Below are positions 36,130 through 43,547 of a DNA stretch of 64,000 nt, piece by piece; position 1 is the first letter of the stretch; every line of letters starts with the position of its first letter. A model generated the notes under the pieces. The model was given only the letters and a program-made list of their open reading frames with translations. It was not told the DNA's origin and ran no database searches. The stretch comes from Bacteroidales bacterium (GTDB lineage Bacteria; Bacteroidota; Bacteroidia; Bacteroidales; JAAUTT01): positions 54,340-118,339 of the forward strand of contig JBBQTB010000011.1 of NCBI GenBank assembly GCA_038213375.1, read 5' to 3'. A program made the translations under genes and the position numbers.

Positions 36130-36181
36130 CTTAGCCGAGTTCCAAGCCTTGGCGCGCGCCAAGGCTTGGAACTCGGCTAAG
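36130..36181. repeat. perfect 52-nt GC-rich palindrome downstream of istB
   Basis: CTTAGCCGAGTTCCAAGCCTTGGCGC followed immediately by its exact reverse complement GCGCCAAGGCTTGGAACTCGGCTAAG. Confidence 0.9.
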
Positions 36182-36264
36182 AATTAAACATTATTTTAAT
36201 TAGTTTCGTGCAGTGGTATACTTTTGAATTGAAATAGTGGTATATAATTGAATTAATATTTACA

Positions 36265-36346
36265 CCTTGTATTCATTTGCTTCAATTTTAGAACGCATTT
36301 GGTTAGCCGATTCCCATATTTTAGCGGCTAATTGTTGTTTATTCAT
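36265..36346 (-). pseudogene. hsdM: hsdM 5' fragment (first 27 codons) displaced by IS21
   Basis: The reverse complement reads ATG AAT AAA ... = MNKQQLAAKIWESANQMRSKIEANEYK. Removing the IS and one TSD copy joins it in frame to DYILGFIFYKYLS. Confidence 0.85.
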
Positions 36347-36409
36347 ATATAAGTTACTTTTCTTATTCTCAGTTAAATGATGTTTTGTACAGTTAGGTTT
36401 CTTTTAATC

Positions 36410-37195
36410 TTATAAGTTTTCAAGAATCTCGACTTTTACCTTCTCATAAGCCACTTGAATATTAAATTCAACCCCTGGCTTAAGAAGTATCTCCATATCC
36501 CGCAGAAATTCATCATCATTCATTTTCTCGGCAATATTGGCAAGGTACATTTTTTTGGTTGGAGGTTGGGACAAATATTCCATAAATTTTCGATAGGCTT
36601 GTATTAGTCTCTCAATATCAATTTGCTTTTGTTCGAGGGCATACCAAAGGTCAAATAAGTCCCGTCCTTTCCGGCGTTGATATAAAGCCCGCATCTTTGA
36701 TCCTAATAATTCTTCCAGGGAATAAGTCAGGATTTCGGCACTTCCACTAAACCAGCTTGATTGTACAGAGCGATTGATCTTTTCAAAGCCATAAATGCAA
36801 AGATGTTCCCGACAATTAATCTCTACCTTTAATCGGATTGGATTTTTGGGAGGAGCCGTTGCTTCAAATTTAAAAATAATGGTATTGTTATTAAGCTTTT
36901 GTGCAACTGTTGACTTTCCAATAAAACCCAATTTTTTCTGAAGTTGCATGATGGTTGGTTTTATTGATTCAGAATTTACCTGGATCAGGTCAATGTCTTC
37001 CGAATATCTCGATGGGGGATTTAAATAAAGCTTATGCAAAGCTGTTCCACCTCTAAAAGCAAGCCTGCCTTTGAGAAACTCATCATTATAAATTTCTATA
37101 AGAGCACGTTCAATCACAAGGTCTTGTTCAACTTGCTCATTCAATGGCCAGGGAGCCTGATTGCTCCATTCGGTTATGTAGGCGTTTGGAATCAT
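36410..37195 (-). CDS. AbiEii/AbiGii-family nucleotidyltransferase toxin (type IV TA)
   Basis: LAFRGGTALHKLYL...RYSEDIDL is the hallmark of the AbiEii (DUF1814) NTase family. Confidence 0.8.
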   Translation of the reverse strand: MIPNAYITEWSNQAPWPLNEQVEQDLVIERALIEIYNDEFLKGRLAFRGGTALHKLYLNPPSRYSEDIDLIQVNSESIKPTIMQLQKKLGFIGKSTVAQKLNNNTIIFKFEATAPPKNPIRLKVEINCREHLCIYGFEKINRSVQSSWFSGSAEILTYSLEELLGSKMRALYQRRKGRDLFDLWYALEQKQIDIERLIQAYRKFMEYLSQPPTKKMYLANIAEKMNDDEFLRDMEILLKPGVEFNIQVAYEKVKVEILENL

Positions 37196-38007
37196 ATGTC
37201 GCTTTCTAATTCTAAATTTGGAATTACTTGCCAGTTGGTATTTACTTCAAAACCTTCAATGGGATGTTTTACTGAGAATGGGATTACTCTGGGATTACTT
37301 TCATCCACAAGCTTTTTAAGTGCATTAGAAATCTTTTCGTTACCAAGGTACTGATCTATCAAAAAGCCTAATCTTTGTACAGTAGGTAAGTTATTATAGC
37401 GTTTTGCGGTTTGGTAAAGCTTACCAGATTTGATAGATTCGATTAATTCTGATAAAATTGTTAAAACCATATTATTCCCGCCAGCTGAATAACTGTAAAG
37501 CACCAAGTCAAGAGCTGTAAGCTCTGGAGAAGAAACATTGATATATCCAGCTTCAGTTTGTTTTTGAATTATATCCTCACCCGACCAATCCTTCTTAACC
37601 ACAAATTTGAGTGCAATTTTACTATTCCGGATTTTACGCATCGGAGTTTTTTTTACCATCAGGCAATATTCCATTGGCTGTTGATGAGCTGCTCCCAATA
37701 ATTGCGCTGCGCTATGAAGCGCTATATAATAGTCTCTTTTTATAAACTTCATTAAATCATCCACAAACCAGGTCATAGGAATAACTCCACGAGCTTGGTA
37801 TTCCGGGGGAACAATCACCCAGAACTCCCGTCTGATTTGAAAAACTTTATTCTTTTTCTTTAATCGTTGAAGATATTTCCGTACGTTATCCTCTGTTACA
37901 TTCAATTTCTCTGGCAATTCAGTTGAAATGAATGTAAGCTTACCTTTCGCTTGTAAGCGCTCAAGGTAATCAATTAGCTTTATGGATGTTTGTGTTTTGT
38001 TTTCCAT
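37192..38007 (-). CDS. AbiEi-family antitoxin / transcriptional regulator
   Basis: 4-nt overlap with the AbiEii gene. N-terminal wHTH-like region (IDYLERLQAKGKLTF) and the size typical of AbiEi. I prefer the ATG at 38005-38007 (MENKTQ...). Confidence 0.65.
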   Translation of the reverse strand: MENKTQTSIKLIDYLERLQAKGKLTFISTELPEKLNVTEDNVRKYLQRLKKKNKVFQIRREFWVIVPPEYQARGVIPMTWFVDDLMKFIKRDYYIALHSAAQLLGAAHQQPMEYCLMVKKTPMRKIRNSKIALKFVVKKDWSGEDIIQKQTEAGYINVSSPELTALDLVLYSYSAGGNNMVLTILSELIESIKSGKLYQTAKRYNNLPTVQRLGFLIDQYLGNEKISNALKKLVDESNPRVIPFSVKHPIEGFEVNTNWQVIPNLELESDI

Positions 38008-38162
38008 ATTATTTGCAATAATAGGATATATTATTCCCTGTATCGCAAATACAAATATATAAAAATTTATCAACGAAAGAATGTTTGTTTCTGGTCAGGT
38101 GCTTTTTTGGGTTAACTAAAACTTTTATCACGTTGCATTTGCAATATGAGACAAATATATCC

Positions 38163-38546
38163 CTATAATGCAAATGTATTTAAAGTATAAACATATTTTA
38201 CAACCATCCTTACAAAGTACCCAATCTCAAATGGCTTTGCCACAAATTCATTAAATCCTGCCTCCATACACCTTTCCTTCATATTATCCAATACGCTTGC
38301 AGTTTGAGCAATTATTGGGATGTCAGGTTTGATCATCCGAATCTCGTGGAGGATAGTAAATCCATTTACGATAGGTAGTTTTATTTCAGTAATTACTAAG
38401 TCAAAAAGAGGATATTGCTTGAAGGACTTTATCGCAGTCAAACCATCTCTGCAATGGGTAATTTCAATATTCTGATCATTAAGGATTGCGGAAACCAGGA
38501 TATAACTTGCTATGTCGCTGTCAATATATAGAATTTGCTTTTTCAT
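38163..38546 (-). CDS. stand-alone receiver-domain protein with Glu at the phospho-acceptor position
   Basis: Receiver landmarks: YIDSD (acidic pocket), PIIAQTAS (T), FVAKPF (K). The usual DxxMP site reads DLVITEIKLP. Confidence 0.7.
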   Translation of the reverse strand: MKKQILYIDSDIASYILVSAILNDQNIEITHCRDGLTAIKSFKQYPLFDLVITEIKLPIVNGFTILHEIRMIKPDIPIIAQTASVLDNMKERCMEAGFNEFVAKPFEIGYFVRMVVKYVYTLNTFAL

Positions 38547-38642
38547 AATAATGTTGTTTCTAATTGATTAGCTATTGATTTCATCCGTTTTCACGGTACT
38601 TTCAATATGAAAGCCAGGGATTTTATCCGTATATCATTCGTA

Positions 38643-39938
38643 TTAACCCCCTATTTCAAATGTTTTGGGACTGTTTTTCCTCCACTCGGTAGTTTCCTGT
38701 AATGTATTTTTATAAATCTGTATAAGATTTTTCACCATAAAGGAGGATCGGAATTGCTTTCTTAATTTTGAATGAGCTCTGGTTACAAGAAAACTGGCCA
38801 TTGTCTTACTTTTGAGAAGCTTATTTATCCTGTGAGCCAATTCTTCAGGCACAATACTTCTTTCTCCGTTCGTATCAATGTCGACCTTCACCTTGATTCC
38901 GGTAATTCCATCATCAACAATCTCGTTTGGGCCTTCAATGTTGGTTGTAACAACAGGGATATGCCAGTTCATCATTTCCAGTAATACATACCCGAATGGT
39001 TCATAAATGGATGGAACCACTCCAATATCTGCAATCCTGTAAAAATGTTTTAGACCTTCATTGTCCAGTCGGCCTGTAAAAATGACTTTGCCCCAGATAC
39101 CTTCGCATTCTTTCAGACAACTTTCGTAATTTCCATTTCCAACGATTACAAGCCTTGCATTTTCATAAGACGAAAGAACAATCTTAAAAGCTCTGAGCAA
39201 ATACAGAATTCCCTTTTGGTCGCATAGCCTGCCTACAAACAAAATGATATTTTCATTTTTGGAAAAACCTAATTCTTGCTTAAACGAATCTTCTTTTCTG
39301 GGAATAACTCTTGAAGTTTCGATACCATTGTAAATTACGGATATTCTGTTATTGTCCTGTGCATAGGTTTCTACCACATCCTTTTTCATTTGGTAAGTGC
39401 GCACAATCAGGTGATCGGCCAAGTCGCAAAACTTCTTTTCATAAATTATTCCTGGCTTAATCAGGTTGCTACCGGAATTTCCAGGATCCTTCATCAAGGC
39501 TTGCCAGTAGGAAGCAAATTTCTCTTTATTGCCGTTCAAGGCAAATTGCCATTCCAGGCTATGTAAATCAAAAATGAAGGGGTTATCATATCGCTCTTTT
39601 AGTACCGATGCAATGAAAAACCCATTCCAGGATAGAAAGTGAAAAACTGTTTTATGATCTATCTTGAATTTTGCTTCCAAGGTGTTAACTATTCGACTTG
39701 CATTCTCAAGATGCTGGTATTCGAAGTTACCGCCAAGAACAGGAGGAAAACAGATCAGACGGAAGTTGGCAGTATCGGAAAGGATATTTGCATCTTTGAT
39801 GCCTTTTGACCCAAGAATAACCAGAATTAATCTTAAGCTCTTCATTTGGGAACACGCTTCTTTCAGGCAGGAAAGGTATTTTCCAATGCCATATTGATAG
39901 CTAATTCCGTCGTTAACAAAAATAAATGAGGTAATCAT
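38643..39938 (-). CDS. GT4-family (group 1) glycosyltransferase
   Basis: C-terminal EPFGYVLLEMMNWHIPVV (E-x7-E motif) and GRL..QKG context. I prefer the ATG at 39936-39938 (MITSFIFV...), which removes the overlap with the next gene. Confidence 0.75.
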   Translation of the reverse strand: MITSFIFVNDGISYQYGIGKYLSCLKEACSQMKSLRLILVILGSKGIKDANILSDTANFRLICFPPVLGGNFEYQHLENASRIVNTLEAKFKIDHKTVFHFLSWNGFFIASVLKERYDNPFIFDLHSLEWQFALNGNKEKFASYWQALMKDPGNSGSNLIKPGIIYEKKFCDLADHLIVRTYQMKKDVVETYAQDNNRISVIYNGIETSRVIPRKEDSFKQELGFSKNENIILFVGRLCDQKGILYLLRAFKIVLSSYENARLVIVGNGNYESCLKECEGIWGKVIFTGRLDNEGLKHFYRIADIGVVPSIYEPFGYVLLEMMNWHIPVVTTNIEGPNEIVDDGITGIKVKVDIDTNGERSIVPEELAHRINKLLKSKTMASFLVTRAHSKLRKQFRSSFMVKNLIQIYKNTLQETTEWRKNSPKTFEIGG

Positions 39939-39963
39939 GTCTTTTAATTTTAGTTGATTAAAC

Positions 39964-40590
39964 TTATTTGCTAGAGTGGTTTCGTTTATCCAAAGCAAGT
40001 TTGTCGAAGTATACCAGGTTGAACATTTCCTTCATTCTGCTTCTAACCCTGGTTCCATACAGAGATTCTATTTCGGAACTGGTGAGGTTTGTTGTAATGT
40101 GGGTGATCATCTGTCGGCTTACAAAATGATCGTACCTGGAGAGAAGTATCTCTGTCATTACATTGCACTCGTTTCCGAAGTATTTTAGATTGTTTTCAGT
40201 TCCAAGATCATCAAAGCAGTACATCTTGGGCTTATCCTGGATGAATGCCTGTCTGCTGTATTTCAGAAGTACTGAATATCCATCCTGAATGAACTCGAAA
40301 CTTATATCCCTGCAAGATTTCATGATGTATCGGTTATCTCCTGGTTGGAAAAGTCGTAGCAAAGTCATCAACGTTGTTTTACCACACCCTACCGGACCAG
40401 TCAGTAAGATTCCCTTTTTTAACGAAATACCGTTTCTGGTGCAGGCTTCTTCATCCTTCAGGATATAAGCCAGAAGCCTGCCTATGAGCACATGATCTTC
40501 CGGGTAAATCCTGAAATGGTCTCCGAATAGCTCGATACCTTTGCGTTCAATAATCCGTAGGCAGGTATCCAAATCATAAGGGTTCGCCAT
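39964..40590 (-). CDS. P-loop ATPase (DnaC/IstB-like AAA)
   Basis: Walker A GPVGCGKTTL and Walker B YCFDDLG. 17-bp overlap with the upstream gene. Confidence 0.65.
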   Translation of the reverse strand: MANPYDLDTCLRIIERKGIELFGDHFRIYPEDHVLIGRLLAYILKDEEACTRNGISLKKGILLTGPVGCGKTTLMTLLRLFQPGDNRYIMKSCRDISFEFIQDGYSVLLKYSRQAFIQDKPKMYCFDDLGTENNLKYFGNECNVMTEILLSRYDHFVSRQMITHITTNLTSSEIESLYGTRVRSRMKEMFNLVYFDKLALDKRNHSSK

Positions 40591-41416
40591 AATCTTTGCT
40601 ATTGTTAAGTTTTACAGATTTTGACTTGGATTCAGATTCGTACCTGGTAGCATTTAACATCCAGTGGTGAGCAGCGGCGTGCCAGTTTTTCATGGGCGTT
40701 TTCCCTCCAACTTTCCATCCGTTGGATTCGAAATGATAGAAGAATTTCCGGGCTTCCACTTCCGGATAATTTTCAGCCTTGAAGAATTCGACCGCTTCGT
40801 TTAACCCCGGCGCAACAAATACCTTTTCTTTTTTTGGCGCAACTTTTTTTCTTTTGGCTTTTTCGTCATCAACCGGTTCTGTATTTTCTGCTTTTTTTTC
40901 AGATTCAAAATTTTCAACTTGTAAATTTTGTGCTTGTGAATTTTCCTCTATAAATGTTTTATTGTTTATATGTTTTATATTGTTTATAGAAGGGTGCATT
41001 TTTGCACAAGTAGTTATGTCAAAATTGCACCGCAGTTGTGCTGAATTTGCACCGTCAGTTATGTCGTTTTTGCACTGCTGTTGTGTTGAATTTGCACAAC
41101 TGAAATCCGTATTTTCAGGTTCAGTTATGTCAAAACTGCACAAGTTTACAAAACTTCCTATAGTAGACGAATGCGATGGAAAATACTCAATATAACCCCA
41201 CTCATTCAGCTCACTCAAACATCCGTAAAAAGTGTGGTTCGAGCCAATTTTACAAAATAACAGGAGTTGCTTCCGGTTGATAGAAACAGGATTTTTAAAC
41301 CTGTTTCTATTCCAAACCTGGAATAAAGCATGATACAGACTTATGTGTGCAGGACTTAACCTGTCATCAGATTTTGCTTTCATATAAAATGCTGTAAGAT
41401 GACGGATGTAATTCAT
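40574..41416 (-). CDS. hypothetical replication-initiator-like protein (wHTH N-terminus) carrying internal DNA iterons
   Basis: The N-terminal ~95 aa look like a winged-helix DNA-binding domain. There is a low-complexity middle and a basic KRKKVAPKKEK stretch. It is coupled to the P-loop ATPase. The functional call is inference only. Confidence 0.4.
   Translation of the reverse strand: MNYIRHLTAFYMKAKSDDRLSPAHISLYHALFQVWNRNRFKNPVSINRKQLLLFCKIGSNHTFYGCLSELNEWGYIEYFPSHSSTIGSFVNLCSFDITEPENTDFSCANSTQQQCKNDITDGANSAQLRCNFDITTCAKMHPSINNIKHINNKTFIEENSQAQNLQVENFESEKKAENTEPVDDEKAKRKKVAPKKEKVFVAPGLNEAVEFFKAENYPEVEARKFFYHFESNGWKVGGKTPMKNWHAAAHHWMLNATRYESESKSKSVKLNNSKDYGEPL
41012..41141. repeat. iteron-like direct repeats inside the rep-like gene
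   Basis: AGTTATGTC-N5-TGCAC at 41012-41030, 41057-41075 and 41123-41141. Additional (A/T)TTTGCAC copies at about 41001, 41046 and 41091. Confidence 0.7.
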
Positions 41417-41444
41417 GCCGCGCTCGTTTTAAAGGGTGCGACAT

Positions 41445-41726
41445 TCAAAAGAGCTTATTTTGTTTCTTATTGGCCTGGAGAATTTTCTGAATATCTTCGT
41501 AATCGTAGTATAATGCACCTCCCATTCTAGTATAAGGAAGCGTACCGTTTACACGTAGATTTTGAAGTGTTCCTGGAGAGATGTTTAAAAGCTTTCGAAC
41601 TTCAGGAGATTTTAACCATTTCTTGGATGGTTGTCCACCATGTTCTTTTAACAATCGCTTAAAGTCTTCGAGCAGCTCCATCCTGAGTTCCCGAAGATCA
41701 TCTGTTGTTACAATCTGTGCTGGCAT
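41445..41726 (-). CDS. excisionase-type helix-turn-helix protein
   Basis: KWLKSPEVRKLLNISPGTLQNLRVNGTLPYTRMGGALYYDYEDI is the MerR-like HTH pattern typical of Bacteroidota element Xis/AlpA-like proteins. Confidence 0.7.
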   Translation of the reverse strand: MPAQIVTTDDLRELRMELLEDFKRLLKEHGGQPSKKWLKSPEVRKLLNISPGTLQNLRVNGTLPYTRMGGALYYDYEDIQKILQANKKQNKLF

Positions 41727-41790
41727 ACTGATAAAGTTTAAAATGATTCATTGCAAAGCAAATTAAATTACCCATGCGCAACCAGTCACA

Positions 41791-41806
41791 GGGGTCACAT
41801 GACCCC
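41791..41806. promoter_or_regulatory. GGGGTCA-CA-TGACCCC palindrome upstream of the xis-like gene
   Basis: 7-bp arms with a 2-bp spacer. Preceded by AGTCAC. Lies in the divergent intergenic region 41727-41997. Confidence 0.4.
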
Positions 41807-41997
41807 CTATCAACATATTAATTACCAGCTAAATAAATTTTGAAAATATTTTCGTTGGGAGAAAATAATAGATATAAACAAATTTACTTTTAACGCAATT
41901 TGTTATTTTTGAATGAAATTCAGTATGATTACAAAAAAGTTAAAATCATTGACTTGACCTTAAAAAACAGCTACCTTTGAAATTTGGATTTAAATTA

Positions 41998-42225
41998 ATG
42001 ATGGAAGAAACCCTTTCAATCTTAGATAAACCACTTGATGAGTTTGCGTTAAGTGCCGAATTTCTTGAAATGGTTAGAATTAACAATTTTAAAAATTTGG
42101 GGGAGATTACCAAAATTCCGGTACACGAATTGCTTAAGCTACCGTATTTCCGGTATCGGATCTTAGTTGAGCTAATGACTATTCTGAAGTTTTATAAATT
42201 GGAATCTGTTCTTATTGAGGACTAA
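41998..42225 (+). CDS. small protein resembling the RNA polymerase alpha C-terminal (HhH) domain
   Basis: LDEFALSAEFLEMVRINNFKNLGEITKIPVHELLKLPYFRYRILVEL fits the alpha-CTD pattern (L-S-R-N-L...I-T-G-L...L...G-K-S). I prefer the ATG at 41998 over the listed TTG at 41977. Confidence 0.45.
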   Translation: MMEETLSILDKPLDEFALSAEFLEMVRINNFKNLGEITKIPVHELLKLPYFRYRILVELMTILKFYKLESVLIED

Positions 42226-43407
42226 CTAAAAATCATCGTTAAGTTTATTAAGCATTTTAATAACCAAGGCTTTGACTTTATCTTTGGTGTTTTGCTCGTG
42301 TTTATAATATTTCTGCCTAATGCTTTCTTCAGCTATCTCATTCACATTTTTCGTTTTGGTATGTTTTGCCAGAAATCTTAAAGATTGGGCAAGCTGCTGT
42401 TTATCGTAAATTTCACATTCAAACATCAAATGAATTAAGCAACCGTAAACAGGAACAGAGAGATTGGTTGGTAATTTAAAGTTGGAATCTTGTCCTTCTA
42501 TGACTTTCCCATCATTGTCTTTTTTTATACTCTTCTCCAGAAAACAGATTTCTTCAACCACCCAATTGATTATTTTTTCTTTTATAGATTCCTGTTTTGG
42601 TTCAAATACTATGTCTGTGCGCATTTGTATTTGATTTACCTGCTTCATGTACCAGGAGAGTTTTTCCACTTTTTCGCTGTGAGTTTCCAGAGGTAGGATT
42701 ATTTGTTCAACCTCATTGGTCAGATACCATAGAAACTGATTGGAATTGAAATTCAGTTCAATGAGTGCAATTTTTATTGCTCTAAGTTCACAGTCAATAT
42801 CAATTATTGGTTCAAGAGCATTAATCATGAAGTCAAAATACATCAGTTTCCTAAATGTAATTGAACGAGATAACGGATTATGAGTAAATTCTTTAATAGG
42901 CGAAAGTGCTACTTCAAGAACAGTTGGGGGAGGAGTAGATGCTTTAGACTTTAACTTTACTATTTGGTCTTTGAAATGTGAGGATGCAGTTCTTTTAAAC
43001 GAAACAGTCGATTCAGCATCATAATTGAAATAATCTTTGAAGGTATCTGCTAGAAAACGCATTAATGCAACAATCTGGCTGATCATTTGGTCAATGACCA
43101 GTTGGTATTCGGTGGATTTTTTAACGATGTCATCATCCAGATATTTAAAGAGCATTTCAATCAGGTGACTTAGTCTTGCCTGGTGATTATGAATATAAGT
43201 TACCGTGTACTTTTCTTCTGAGAATGAATATGCGGTACCTACCATTTTTTTCTTAATGATTTCCTTTTGAGTTTTAGCAATATTTATGCACCCCATTAAC
43301 GAATCCATTTGATTTGTTGGGTTTCGCTCCGGGTTCATCTTTTCAAGTACAAGTTCATCAAGTACTTTTAGTTCGTATTGCAATAAAAGGCTCTTCCCAT
43401 CTGGCAT
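42226..43407 (-). CDS. hypothetical protein (393 aa)
   Basis: A long ORF with no motif recognised, lying between the integrase and the xis region. Confidence 0.5.
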   Translation of the reverse strand: MPDGKSLLLQYELKVLDELVLEKMNPERNPTNQMDSLMGCINIAKTQKEIIKKKMVGTAYSFSEEKYTVTYIHNHQARLSHLIEMLFKYLDDDIVKKSTEYQLVIDQMISQIVALMRFLADTFKDYFNYDAESTVSFKRTASSHFKDQIVKLKSKASTPPPTVLEVALSPIKEFTHNPLSRSITFRKLMYFDFMINALEPIIDIDCELRAIKIALIELNFNSNQFLWYLTNEVEQIILPLETHSEKVEKLSWYMKQVNQIQMRTDIVFEPKQESIKEKIINWVVEEICFLEKSIKKDNDGKVIEGQDSNFKLPTNLSVPVYGCLIHLMFECEIYDKQQLAQSLRFLAKHTKTKNVNEIAEESIRQKYYKHEQNTKDKVKALVIKMLNKLNDDF

Positions 43408-43547
43408 CGATGTATTTTGTAATGATTGCTAACTTAAGCATATGTACTCGCATTACATATACGTATTTCGATGGGTTGAGTTAGCTGTAACGCCCTAAAT
43501 ATCATTAACACGTTAATGATTTGGAAACGTTTCAATTAGCGACAAAA

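Larger units (their letters stand above)
33666..36264 (+). mobile_element. IS21-family insertion sequence, complete, with 8-bp target-site duplication
   Basis: Left end TGTATATATTAATTGAAAAGTATACCAC and reverse-complemented right end TGTAAATATTAATTCAATTATATACCAC match at 23 of 28 positions. Flanked by CCTTGTAT at 33658-33665 and 36265-36272. Internal ACCAC-containing subterminal repeats. Confidence 0.9.

Noticed and set aside
38074-38642. Second att site (direct repeat of the tRNA-Pro 3' end) at internal module boundaries
   Set aside because: I inspected the intergenic gaps at 38074-38162, 38547-38642, 9046-9150 and 7300-7335 by eye. No copy of the tRNA 3' sequence was seen. I cannot exclude one elsewhere without a computed search.
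40995-41150. CRISPR-like array
   Set aside because: The repeats are short (about 19 bp), irregularly spaced (45 and 66 bp) and lie inside a coding region. No cas genes are present. I interpret them as iterons. No CRISPR array was seen anywhere in the window.
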